From Paramecium tetraurelia (lineage: Eukaryota): a DNA stretch of 64,000 bases. Numbering within the stretch: position 1 is the stretch's first letter; every line of letters starts with the position of its first letter. Shown here piece by piece: positions 28,044 through 41,652 of the stretch. The DNA is taken from positions 372,001 to 436,000 of the forward strand of contig CT868085.1 of NCBI GenBank assembly GCA_000165425.1, in the 5' to 3' direction. A model generated the notes under the pieces. That model made no database searches. It saw only the letters and a list, made by a program, of their open reading frames with translations, and was not told the origin of the DNA. Both the position numbers and the translations under genes were made by a program.

Positions 28044-29925
28044 ATGCCAAAAGTAGTTGATAATTATGTATTAGAGAGATGTATAGGAAAGGGACAATTC
28101 GGAGAAGTGTTCAAAGTGTACAATAAACAAACATAGGAGGACATAGCAGTAAAATGTGTAAAGAGGTTTTGAGTATATTGAATATTTAGGGAACTGTTGA
28201 AGGGGAAATTTACAGAGTTATTAGAAAATGAAATTAATGTGTTAAGAACTTGCAATAATGATAATATCATAAAATTATATGATATAAAGAAGTCAATCAA
28301 CAATATATATCTGATAATTGAGTACTGTAATGAAGGTGATCTATCATGTAATCATAATTTAATCGTAGAGTATATAAAATAAAAAAAGTTTTTAGTGGAA
28401 GAAGAAGCAGTTGATTATTTACTTTAGATATTGAATGGTTTTAAAACACTTGTAAAGAATAAGATAATGCACAGAGACTTTAAATTGGAAAATATTCTCA
28501 AACATGATGGCAATATCAAAATAGCTGATTTTGGATTCTCAAAATTGTTGAATGATCATCAAGCTTTAGCAAAAACAATGTTAGGATCTCCTCTTAACAA
28601 GGCTCCGGAAGTGTTAAATAACTAAGAGTATGACAATAAAGCAGACATATGGTCTATTGGTTATTGTTTCTATGAATTATTATTTGGAAAATCACCATTT
28701 ACTACTACTAACATGGTCGAGTTGCTGGAGAACATTAAAACTTAATAGTTTGTTATCGATAGGAAGGTTAATAATATATCTCCTACAGCTGAGGATTTAT
28801 TAAATAAAATGCTTGTAGTTAATCCAAAAGATAGGATATCTTGGCAAGATCTCTTTAATCACGAGATAAATTTCTATCAAGAGGAAAAGTTGAAGAAAGA
28901 TTTAGAAACTGCTCTTAAGGGGGGAGAAGTAATGATGAATATGAGAAAATTCTATATCAAAAATAATTTGGTTTTTGATCATCCAGCTGATTTAAAGAAG
29001 AAGGAGGACTTGAATAATTTTGCCATTTAAATAGCCTAAAAGGGTCCATAAAATCAATATTAATAATATGATGGCCCGATATTAAAGAAACCCTAAGAGG
29101 AAAACAATTTAATTAGATAGGATCAAGTCAAAAATGTCTAGACTAATCAAGGGTCTACTTAAGATATTGGTAATGATGAAGTGATTGATAAGGAAACACA
29201 AAGAGAAAAAGAAATCAAGGCTAAAAAAAGAAATGCCAATAGGATTTTGCATGAAAGAAATATTTATGTATTTCTAGCATCTGTTGCTGAAGAAGCAATG
29301 AGCAATTAGACTATTCAAAATTATGATGTGACAGGCTTCCTTTTGGTCAAAAAGTTGCTGTTATAAATTGATTTCCTAAAGACCTTTCTTCAAAATAAAT
29401 AAAATGTCTATGGATTGGAGTATTTAATTAATAATATCATTTATATTCTAGGTTTTGGGAATAGTTTACTTTGAGTAAGGATTATAAGGATATTCACACA
29501 CACATTTCCAAAGAATTTGATGTTTTCAAATCCTACTTTGATTCAATCTATGAGAAACTTAGTGTATAAATTCAATATAGTACAAAAGTGGATGATACAA
29601 TCAAACAGTCTATTAATAGTAACATTAGATAAAGCAATCAAGAGATTTTATTCAAATGCTTGGTCGATTATTTAAATTTATTGATTGATTCTCTAAAAAG
29701 TTTAATATAGGATCAAGTAAATGTGTTAATTTATTGAAGTATCGATAACATTGGGTTCATGCTGATCGAGTGTTGGATTGCATTCGATTAGAAGAGACAT
29801 TCTAATTTGAGGATAAAAGTACAAACTAGCAATTTAATTTCAAATAATATTATGAAAAAGACAATTTATTAGAAATAGAAGCGCTGGCTAAAAAAGTGTT
29901 ATAAAAGTTTGAGAAACTAAAGTGA
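28044..29925 (+). CDS. ULK/Atg1-like Ser/Thr protein kinase
   Basis: IGKGQFGEV, IAVK, EYCNEGDL, HRDFKLEN, IADFG, GSPLNKAPE and DIWSIG, plus a helical C-terminal extension; four short introns. Confidence 0.9.
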
Positions 29926-29990
29926 ATTATTCGTTGACCAACATATATCTAGATTATTTATAAACTATTAATTAATATATAATTAACATT

Positions 29991-31972
29991 ATGTCCAGAA
30001 AACGAATTGAAGCACCTCCTTTGACTGATAGATCGTAATTCCGAAGAATCAGTTAAAAAAGTGTAGATGATTTGAATTAAGTACTCAAATTAATTAAACT
30101 AGACTCTTCATGCTCGGATCAACAGCATGGTAGGATTAGATGAGCAATTGTCCACCAAAATTAAATAACTTTAAGTTAGCACTTTCACAACTAAAGACTT
30201 AACATCTATAGGATCATCTCTCCAAGACATGGTTACTACATTGCAAAAAGTTTCATTTAATGAAATCATGTACAATCAGCTTCTGAGAGACAACGAAAAG
30301 TTTAAGAACGAGCAATCATATTTAAAGGCTTAACTATTTAAACTTAATCACCTTAACTCCAAATTCCAATAAGAAAACTAATAGCTATTAGACAAGATCA
30401 GAAGCTAAGAAGTTGATATCAATAACCTAAATAAAAAGTTAACTGCTGAACAAAAGCTTAATGAGGAATTATGTATCAGCACTTTATTAATCCTAGCTAA
30501 AAAATTGAAGCGGTCTGAATAAAGAGTGTAAATAATTTTAGAATCCAATATTACAATATAAAAAGATTAATTGAAACATAATTTGGTTGAAGTTCTGACT
30601 GAAAATGAACATATCAAGAAAGATGCCATTCAAAAATAGAAGGATTACTAAAAGTACCTAATTAATTATAATGTAGACTTTAAATGGTTAACAATTCTCT
30701 AAACTAAAAATTATCGAGATTGAATAATAGGTTTTAAATTAGAAGCAAAGTTTAAAGTGAAGAGGACTTTATAGATCAAGAGAAGATGGTTATAACATTT
30801 ACAGAAATACCTAACAACTTCGTTTTTAGACATGTATTCTAAAATCTAGAATGCAAATGTAATAGTTAATATTCAAACTAGAGTTTATCTAATCAGTTTT
30901 AGAGTTCTCGACTGAAGACTTTTTAGTCCACATCAATTCAGTTAATCCTGAAACTAAGAAGATGTAATTGACATGGCTCTTTAATTATATGATAAACTAC
31001 AAAGATTTCAACTTAGCTCATAATGTCTTTATTATCAAACTATCCAAATTGATGCAAATTTATTCCTATGATGAAATGTACAATTTCTTTACTACATTAT
31101 CCTCCTTCTTCAAAGTCTCTCACATCTATTTATGGTTACGAGATTTCTAAACAGGATTCTTTATCAATTAATTAGATGGGAAGTAAAAAAAGATTATTTG
31201 CACAAAAGGAGCCTTTAGAGATTGCTTAGACACTCGGGAATCTGTTAACAAGCTCACTGCTCATAAACACATCATGTATTAAAATGATTTGGGAGAAGAC
31301 ATATATCAAGATAGTACCTACATCTTCCCTATTATAACTGAAGCTGCTCTCCCAGCAGGATTGATTGAATTTCATCATCCCATTTAGAGTAATAATTTTA
31401 GTGATATCTAATATTTCGCTTCGATTTTAGGATTGTATACAAAGATTCAAATCTAAAAGATTGATGAGGAGATACACAAAAACTCGTTATTGAAATAAAC
31501 TGACATTTTATAACTTCAATTTTTAAAGTTAATGAAAGCAATTGATAAATTCCATTTTTGTGAATTAATGAAAGAAATGCAATGTAAAATTATGCAATTA
31601 TCAACATCTGAAATTGTATTTGTTGAAAATAATGGTTTATGGAAGTATCATAATTAAGAAATAAGGAAATTGGATAATTTAGCTGGAGTATGTGGTTAAG
31701 TGGCTATTAGCAAACAACCTGCATATTTTACTAATATTTCAAAAGAACTTAATTTCAATCAAATAGTCGACATGTATTCAATCGCTCCTTTGTTCGTTTA
31801 TCCTATCGTTCACAATAATCAAACTTATGCTCTAATTTAAGTATCACTTACTAACAAGCAAATCGATAAATATAGGTTTAAAGATCCCTTGATCAGTTTA
31901 TCATCGCAATCCAATTAAGCAAGACTGTTTTGCGATTATGTTACTACTGCCTATATACATAAGTTTTTATGA
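29991..31972 (+). CDS. Coiled-coil plus GAF-domain protein
   Basis: N-terminal coiled coil; GAF-like segments KGAFRDCLDTRESVN...YIFPII and AGVCGQVAISKQPAYFTN...FNQIVD...LFVYPIVHNNQTYALIQV; TGA at 31970-31972. Confidence 0.75.
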
Positions 31973-32025
31973 ATATAAAAAGCCTTATTAAATTTTGACC
32001 AATATATATATTTAAATAAAAATTA

Positions 32026-33424
32026 ATGTAAAGGACTGATGTTTTAGCTAACAGAACAAACATTTTAATTGTCTTTTTAATTATCTGTTTCCTTGTGGCA
32101 TTTTATGGAAGACAATCATCGGAGTATCAAACAATATCAGAGCGTTATGAGCCTGAAGTGACAGAATCAGAAATTCGATATTATTTGGAAAATGAATTTA
32201 ATATTAATGATAGTGATCAATTTGGTATTCAAACCATATAGGATTGGTTACCTATCTAATCTGAATTAGCCCACCTCAATTTGGCATTGGAGTATTTTTC
32301 ACGCTTAAATTTGGAAAAACTCTTGAATAAACAAGCCTTATTGGAGGAGGAAGTTAATTTATGTTTGAATTTACATTTGAATTAAGAATTAGAAAAATAT
32401 GTGAATGAAATTAATTAAAGTCAAATAAATCAAACGATCAATTAAGATGTACTTGTAAATTACAATACCTTGTTTGAAAAAAAAATCTCATTAAATGATG
32501 GAATAGCGCAGAAAAAAACTGAATTGGATACATTGTCATTTGAAGAGAAAGATTTGAAATAGCTTACAATCCAATTTTAATTAAAAGAATTCGAAACTAT
32601 TAAACTAACAAACAAATAGAAATAATTTCAAAAACATACTGATGATATTGCTTAGTTGGAATAAGAAATAAAGGAACATAATGAAAAAAGGATAATACAT
32701 TTGTCGGAATTAAAAAATTAAGAAGATTTAACAGAAGAATATAAAAAAGATTAAGAATTGGCTAAAAATATGAGTAGACTCTTCAAACCTGCAGGTACAA
32801 AATCTGTAGAAATTCATGATGAAAAATTGGGAGGAATTGTTAATGTGTTAGATTAAAACATTAAATAATATAATACTACTGAGGTTTTCTTAAATGGGTT
32901 GAATTTTCATAGGGATATTGAGTAAAATTATTTAGAAAAAATTGAAAAAACCATTTCAAAATGTTAGATGTCTTTGGACAGTAAAAAGAAAGAAAAGGCC
33001 AAATTGGAACAAGAAATTGAAGATTTAGAAAGATAAAAAAAAGAAAAAAATGAAGTTTATTTGAATGCAGTTCACAGATTAGAAGAAATAAGAAGAAGAC
33101 AAAATGATTTGAGGGAATAAACTTAAGTTGAAAAAAAAATGTTGGATTAGGTTATTTATGAATTAAAGTATTACCATCCATAAAGCGAACTTTAAAATAA
33201 TGAGAAAATCGATGCGTAAAAGAAATTTAAAGGTAATTAAGTATAATTTATTATAAGAATATTTATATTAACATTTGAGAGAGGATTAATTATGCGTTGA
33301 GAAATGTATTGAATACGATTCTCTAAATCAATAAATTAACATTGCAAGATATAAAATTTCTTTGAAATCAATTTAAAAGCATTTCTCAGAATTGGAATTG
33401 AAATTTAAGGAATTCAAAATTTGA
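32026..33424 (+). CDS. Membrane-anchored coiled-coil protein
   Basis: N-terminal hydrophobic helix ILIVFLIICFLVAFY, then an E/K/Q-rich coiled coil; one 25-nt intron near 33232. Confidence 0.75.
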
Positions 33425-33499
33425 ATTTTATAAAGATTTAAATAAATATTGATGTCAAACTTTACATCAAACTAAACTTTAAAGCAATTTATTTTTTTT

Positions 33500-35194
33500 A
33501 TCAATTTAAATTTATTGTGCTGTTTATTATCCTTTTGTAGAACTTTATCTTCCTTAGGGTCTTCCTTTGAAGTCACTTTAATCATTATTTGTTTCTGATT
33601 CACTCTTTGATTCTTTATTTGTGTCTTCAGAATGTATTTTTAGAATTCTCTCCTCTTCTTAAGGATATGAAGATAACAATTCATTATTGTCTTTCTTCAT
33701 TTTTCCAAGCACAGAGGGATCCTCTTGCAATTTTGTAGAAATGGTTTTTCTCTACAGCATTTCCCCAATATTAATCTTTTCTTCCTAAAGCAAAGCTTAT
33801 TTGGCTTTATTGACAGATTCTTTGGACAGAGGATGAATTTAGTTTGAATTCGAATTTCCTTTTCTTAGATCAGTGGCTTAAGATAAAATCAATTAAATAC
33901 CAAGTTATCTTAAAGCAAATAAAGATGTTTCTTATTCCTATGTCAATCCTAAGAATGTAGATTATTTATTGACAATTCTGGGAGTTCCTAAACATAATGT
34001 TCTTTCTTTGTCACTCATTTAACTTAAAACATTGTTCATTCTATTTCCTCCAATTGTTTTTTCAAACATTTATTTATTTTTTTCAATCTATTCCTATTTA
34101 TCTGTAGATTCTATCTTTCCATTTTTTGTATTTTTTTATATGACATTTAAAATACTGCTGTATTCTATTGAATACTTCTTACAAATTCTATCCTAGAATT
34201 CAACAAAATCATCATCTTCTTTCATCTATTGACATTTATCTACTATTGATTTATAGATAATTCTCTTAGCTAAAAAACCTGCTCTTAAAGATTGTATGCA
34301 ATCGTCTGGCAGTTTAAATACATCTTCTGCTTATAATTAATAAAGCTAATTTTAGATGTATTTATACAGTAGACTCGCATATAGATATACTTCCATATTC
34401 TGATCCCTATTCAAATAATAGTCTTTATTCATTGAACACTCCTGTATTTTGAATGCATCCAACAATAATTAAATTACGACTCTTTGTGGATGTAAAAATC
34501 AATGTTGTCCCTTTTGTCTAAAAATACAAGCTGGCTGTTCCTCCTTCTGGAACTGTCATTATACTGCCAAACTTCTTTTTAGTTTCCTTAAATAATGGTA
34601 ACATAGTCTATTTTTTTTAAATGTCAAAAGATCTAATCGGAATGCAACGTTATAAATTTTGTGATTTTAATTCTAATTCCTACAATTCGGTGCTCTTTTT
34701 AATTTTGTACAAATAAATAATACATTTTTAAAAGAGTTGAATAATTATCTGTCGACCTAAAAAGCGATAGCTCCATATCCAAATTCAACTTCTTCATTCT
34801 AAACCACTTCTGCTTTTTTGTACACTCTTGTTTTTGAAGTTAATTCACCTAATTATAATGTATTCTCGTACCTTCTTAAACAAAGTATATTGGATTTGTT
34901 CCATCATTACTTGTAGCTATTTTCATATGCCTTATTATCTTAAGTAATTATATATTATAAACTTCATTAATTTGATCTCCTTTAAGGTTACTTTCCAACC
35001 ACATGTATGCAGTTGGTCCACTAAAATTTTTAATACAATGCTTTAGATAAACAACATCATCATCTGTCATATTTGAACCTGCACATAATATGATTCTTAA
35101 ACTAAATACCTTGCTCTATTATCTATCTCATCTATTCCTTTCTAATATCATCCCAATTTGTTTTTGTGTTAACTTAAGACAATTTTTATTACAT
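33500..35194 (-). CDS. Hypothetical protein, exon structure and 3' end uncertain (possibly decaying)
   Basis: Starts MQQKLSQVNTKTNWDDIRKEQMRQIIEQ with clear short introns; downstream frames do not join cleanly. Confidence 0.45.
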
Positions 35195-35685
35195 TTTAGC
35201 AATAAAATTAATTAATCAAAATTTATACAACATTAAAGATACTATTTGTTTCTCTAGTGCATATCCATGAGAATAAATCAATCAAATGTAACACTCTATT
35301 AAAAATTAATATCTAATTATAAGTGAAAAATACGAAATTTTATCATTTTTAATAATTAATTAATCACTATAATATTAATTTAATTATTGCATATATTTTC
35401 TTTCTACAATCTATTGATTCTTAAATTAAATTCTACTCATTAAATTTCTTGAATGCATTTGGGTGAAAGTAAGATTTGATTTGAGTAAAATACATTAATA
35501 TTATTTTTTGAGGAACTATTTTCATTAGATCTGTAATGTATGTTTGTTCAAATGTATTAGAGTATCCATCATTTATAATAGGTTGAAGTATTTTAAAAAG
35601 TTATTTCTAAATTTTGAAAAATTAAGAATAATATTTATTAATAAAATTAATCTGTTAATTTCTAAACAAATATCTATATTTGCAA

Positions 35686-36063
35686 ATGTCAATCAAAGTC
35701 AAAATTTCTAAAAGAGGACAACAATATGAATTGTAATAGAAAGAAAATTACAACCCATTTGGTAATTTATCACTTTGCCCTAAATCAATAATTGCATTGG
35801 CTTAATCCTCTTATGATTCATAACTTATAGAATTTACTCTTAATTAACTTAAAACACCATGTAACTTAAAACATGAAACTCATTTACTAAGAATGAGATA
35901 AATAGCAGATAAATAGGAGACATTTGTATATGGTTAAATGAACATCAATAGTCAAATTGAAACATAAGTATAATACAGTGATCATTCATTTTATGATTAA
36001 ATGGACACAAGTCACAGAAAGAATAGTTTACATTATTTTGATGAATCTCATCAACACTTTTGA
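35686..36063 (+). CDS. Small hypothetical protein (125 aa)
   Basis: Code-6 ORF MSIKVKISKRGQQYEL...DESHQHF-TGA. Confidence 0.6.
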
Positions 36064-36260
36064 TTTTAGTTATTATAAATTATGTATTCTAAAAATTCCA
36101 GTTTTTCTATCTGTCAATCAATCTAATTTAGGAATGATATCATATAATTTATTAATTTATTTGTTAAATTGTATTAATGGATATGAAAACAAAATTTCCA
36201 TAAATTTGGAAGATAATTTCTACAAAGAATGAAAATAATTATACATATATTAATAATACT

Positions 36261-37576
36261 TCATGAAGGTTATAACGATTAACCAGTTTTGTTATCCAAA
36301 AATTGTTAAGCTGCATCGTTTAATGGATCGACTATTTGGATTATAATATATAATACCTTGAGAACCTTCGTCAAGAAATTTCAACTTGATGGTTCCATTA
36401 TAGATTAGATTTCCTGTAACCAAAACAAAGAATCCAATCAACTCTAAAACTATGGCTTCCCATCTTGTATTTTCCCATTTTGCTTCTGGATCTATCCAAG
36501 TGATAGCCAATGAAACTGCCCATATAATTAAAGTTCTTGAAACGTCAACAAGAGATCTAATTCATAAAAAGGAATGATTACCTGGCCAAAGAAGATACAT
36601 ATTTAGTAACTGAAACACCACAGATATTGAATGTTGCAATTGTAAATATACCTAGAATAACCCAGAATAGTAATAAGCCATTGGCAAAGATTTGCAAGAA
36701 ATACAAATCCGCTCTTTCAAAATAAAACATGTCTGTCATTTATTTTTATACACAGCTGTTATTCATGGAAGTTGGACATTAGATAAAAGTCAATGCTATT
36801 GCCAAAACTACATAGACTGAAAAACCCCACAATCCTTCAATACCTACGATTTCAAAAGGATGTAAATAGTAAACATCAAATAACTTCTCTTCAGACACAA
36901 ACTAAAGTCCATTCATCACAACTGACAATAACAATAATCCAACTGATATGAAGTAAGCTGCTCCAATTTCAGAACTTGAATCTGGATCATCATTATCTTT
37001 TTTTGGAGGGAAGAAAAATGAACTCATTCCTACCAAAGTTATACCAACCAAGACGAAACCGCATCCAAACCATTAATATCTTTTAATATGTCTCTTTAAG
37101 AAACATGTAGACATTATTGCTGTTGAGATGATTGCTCCTCCTCTCAACATTTGATAAATCGAAGGGGGAATGTAATTTAAGGAAATATAAGCTAATGTTG
37201 ATGCAGTTAAATCACACATTGCTGGAATCGCCACCCAACCGTAGTTAACTTTTGTTTTTAATCTATCAAATGTCAAATTTCTATATATACCCTTTTGCTG
37301 CTGCTTCAATACATCCTTATTTATAATCTGGCTTCTTCTTAATATTTAGAAATAGTAAAATGCACAACGACTCCCCCAAAAACATTGTGACTGCTTGCAT
37401 AAAAGGATGATTGAAATTCGTTGCTTCCCATCCATCAACAGTAACCTTGCTTGTATTTTATAATTTATAGACTGTTAATCATATAGCCATAAACTAATAC
37501 CTATTGTATTGGCTGCCCCAGAGAGAATCATGGCAGTGATCAAAAGTGTAATGAATGACGACTATTTATCTCCCAT
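36261..37576 (-). CDS. SLC35F6-like nucleotide-sugar/DMT-family transporter
   Basis: FNHPFMQAVTMFLGESLC, IPAMCDLTASTL, SIYQMLRGGAII, QFVSEEKL, IVGIEGLWG and LVDVSRTLIIW; many TM helices and short introns. Confidence 0.88.
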
Positions 37577-38519
37577 TTTATTAATAAAATTGATTAAATC
37601 ACCATCCATAACAGATTTTTTTTGCAATTATTTACGAATAGACGAAATTCAATACATCATACGACAATTATATAAAAAAACTTTTATAAAATATATTTTC
37701 TTTAATCATTCTTGTGATTAAAATAATTATTTAAATTAGATTAAATATCTTTTTCTTATCAAATTTTATGAAAATGTTATTACTAAATGGATTCCATTAT
37801 GGTTATCCTCTTGATTCTCAAAACTCAATATTACATTTTATTAGACAAATAAATTATAATAAATATTTTGATCAATATTTAACATATCGTTTTTATTGTA
37901 CATTTGTGTTTAGTAATGTTATCAAAACTAAATAAGTCTAAAATTATGAAATATTTAGATTAGCTTAATCTATGGGGTTGCTTATCATATCATTAATAAG
38001 TCTAGTCTGTTCTATTTCAATTTATAACTGCTAATCCACGGATTCATTAAACATCTACAAATATGATGACGAAATGATTACACTCACAAATGAAATATAT
38101 ATGATTAATCATCTCTTGAGCAGGTTTATCATTTATAAGCCTTTACGAGATCTCTTCTATCATTTTGAAATTGCTTCAACATTTCTATTGATAATTTGAT
38201 AATTCCTAACACATAAACTAATAATTACATAGCTAAGAAGTAATAGGGAATGTAAGATTTAAGAATTTATAAAATAAATAAAAATAAGGAGGAGAGCTTT
38301 AAAATACTTAATCTATATTGTTGATTGATTCATAATCCAAACAACGATTTGGTTCTATTTTAATATTTCAATTAAAATTTACCAGTATTGAGTAATACAA
38401 ATCAATTGATTGAGTAATGTTAAGACAATAATCATTATCTTAAGCAGAATTTAATATGATGACTAATATCATTATTACAGGGAAGTGTTAAAAGAAAATT
38501 ATTATATGAAATATTTGGA

Positions 38520-38935
38520 TCATGACGCTTTATTCTTCTTTTACTATAAAAATCTAAATACGGAAAAACCTAGGTTCTCGCTCTAACTTCTTATTCTAAC
38601 ATTCTTAAAATTATTTTTTGAATACATATTCTTTCAATGCCTTTAAACAGGGAATGTGATTAGCAGGCCTAAGTTTCTCATCAGTTTCTGACTCTTCAAA
38701 AATGACATCCTCTGGAGAATAAACTGTCAATTTTTATTATTATATTTTTGGCCCTTTAGGTGGCTCGAGGCTTAAGGGATCGAGTATTTAAGGAGACTCT
38801 TTTGGTCTTTGTTTTTTAAAACAAATACCTAATATAAGGTTTTGGAGGTGGCTTATCATAGGTATCTAAATATTCTTAATAGGTCATGGAGGAATGATAT
38901 CTCTATCGAATTTCTTAAATGTAAAGATTGTCCAT
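38520..38935 (-). CDS. Small Pro-rich hypothetical protein
   Basis: MDNLYIQEIRQRY...DKPPPKPYIR...KKNKAS-TGA with two 22-nt introns. Confidence 0.7.
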
Positions 38936-38972
38936 AATTTTTAAATATAAATAATAAAATCTAAATAAATAC

Positions 38973-40367
38973 TCATTATTTATTTATTCCTTCTGGTTGT
39001 ATGAATTCCACTTCATCCAAAGCATAATAAAATAAAACACAAGGGTACAACGCCTGATCAGATTTTGGAATATCAAGTTTGAAAGTTGTGTTAGACTGAA
39101 ATATATTAAACATTTAACCTTTTGTTTATGGAATATAATAGTTTAGTTATTTGGATCATAAGTGCAAACAATAATGTCACCCTTTCCAAATTTGAAGCAT
39201 TTAACAACATTATTTTGATTCGAAGTAGTACTTGACCAAGCACCCCCATTTGATGACACCATATAACCTCCATGTCCAAGTGATTGAAATGCAAATCCGA
39301 ATTATTTGTTTTACACTATAGATAAATCACAGACCCCAACTGCAATCCAATTACTCTAATGAACACACTATAAAGTGTATAATGACAATTTACATTTAAT
39401 TTGAAACCAAATACAGTAGTCTAATTTTTGTCTAAGGATGGAGTCATAACAGCAAACTTGTATCCATGAGTTGAATTGCTTGCTTTAAATAGTTATATAT
39501 AGACGTACCTTTTACAATCTTTGGCTATAATATATCAACTTATGGATGTTTATTGTTTGGTAAAAATTCAAATTGGCATGCTTTTTAGAATATTGTTTTT
39601 TATGTTTTTGATTATAACAATACAATTTGTTATTCAATACCCTAAATAAGTTGCGTTTCTAATTAATGCAAATGATCTTTTTGATCTTTTATGTGAAAAT
39701 CAAAAATCCTGCTGATTTCTTCATAATTTAAATCTTTTTCTGGGATTTCCTACACTAATGTGTCAAGCAAAATCTTAACTGATTTACTCAACATTTCTAC
39801 ATTTGTTTGATTTTATATTATTGTTTCAATAACTGTAACTATCTCATTCAAATTTATAATTACATTAATTTCCATTGCTAAATTCTCTCATCTTCACAAA
39901 TTTCCTTAAATTTTCAAAAAACTCCTGTTCTAAAGTCAAAATCTTTGATAGTTTATTGTTTATTTGTGCTTTCAAGTCCTCAATGTAAATCAACGATTTT
40001 TCTTCTTATTCATTAATCTTCTTAATGAGGAAATCCTTTTCATTTTATTTTAATGAAATATTTTAATACTCTCTAGAATTTGAAAAAGAATATACCTTAA
40101 TTATTAATCATATTCACACAACAACAGTTTTAATGGTTTTAATTAATGTCCTTTATGAAATTCTTCTTAACATATACAACAGCACAAAATTTGGTTTTAT
40201 AAGCAATCCTTTTCCAAACATATTAAACTCATTGATTCTCCGCTATGATCACCTCCAAAAGGACATTGAGGATATTAAAGACTTGAAAATTTTTTAATAT
40301 TCACTTTGTCATCTGACTTATTCATTTGTTTATAAGTCTTTACCATATTTTGAAGCAATTATTTCAT
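38973..40367 (-). CDS. B-box-like zinc finger plus coiled coil plus SPRY/B30.2-like protein
   Basis: CPFGGDH...ICLEKDC...CCCICQEEFHKGH; coiled coil; NWIAVGVC...GHGGYMVSSNG...FKFGKGDIIVCTYDP...LYPCVLF. Confidence 0.75.
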
Positions 40368-41293
40368 TTTTTTATTTAAAAATAAACTAACAATGAAAGA
40401 AATATTGCTTTTATTAATGTAATATTGAAAAAGAAAGTCTTATCATGACTAAAATAATATTTCATTTTCAAGATAGATTTACAAATATTCATTAAACTTC
40501 AATTTATCATAGAAGGTTCCAAAATAAATACTTCAAAGACTTTAGTAATCAATTTGGGTATTATGGATACTAGATGAAGTTGATATTTGTTAGCATTCAT
40601 TTTGGTTTAATTGAATGATAATTTTCATCATCAAGATCGCTAAGAATATGACATGTGTATTATTAGATTAAGTTTTTTTAACAAACTTAATCTCAAGAAA
40701 GCTATTATTTAGAATTGATGGAAAGTATTTTTAGAAAAAATTGATGAATGCAGAGTCTGCAGAGATATATGGCTTCTTTAGTATATATTCAACCAGCAAA
40801 ATTGTTCAGTTAAAATTGTATAATTTGACATGAACCTAAAATTTTAAAAAAGTAAAAAGTACCTAACTCAGATTGTCAAAGTTCATTCCTTCAAAACTTC
40901 AGAATAAATTGAATTTGATCATATCCTAATTAGATAAATTATAATGGCTATTAAATATCTTCATAAACGTTGCTGTATTAGGTATTAGCTATATTATCAC
41001 AACCTCTTATTTCAATAAATAAATTGAATTAGGGTATTTTAATCTGCCAAAGGAAAATTAACATTTGTTTTACGAAGAAACATTGAAGTTAAATAAAACT
41101 TAAACCACAAAGTTCAAAGGAGTAATAGAAAATCCACATAATTAGATAGCTATAAATCTAAAAGGCTACAATTTCGATTAGATTAATTGTAATATAATAG
41201 TTACAATTTTGATACTCAAATGATACAACATTAATATGATTTTATAAAATGTATATATTTTTATTTGTTATGCATTTTTAATTATCTTAAAAC

Positions 41294-41652
41294 ATGGGCT
41301 TAGACTTAAGAAGTCCTATAGAAGATGGTGTTGATGATGATATAAACTCGACTGAATAATTAAGCGAGGATTCCGTTGAATCATTAGAGGACTTCCTTCC
41401 TAAAATTCATCAAAAATCAAATCCGTCTTGCATTATGGAAGAAAAGATAATTCAGTATCTCAAGCAGTTAAATTTGTTATTTAAAACTGATCCAAGAAAA
41501 AAAGAGTTTGAATATTAGTATTTTTTGTTTGTTACACTAGTGAGAAATAAAAAAAAACTATACCTGAGTTTTTAGGTTCTGTTGAGGGCTCGCCTGCTAT
41601 AAAAAGTATCAAATTAAAAACTAAATAAATGATACTATAAAAAAAAAACTGA
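41294..41652 (+). CDS. Small hypothetical protein
   Basis: MGLDLRSPIEDGVDDD...IPEFLGSVEGSPAIKS...TGA with one 23-nt intron. Confidence 0.7.
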
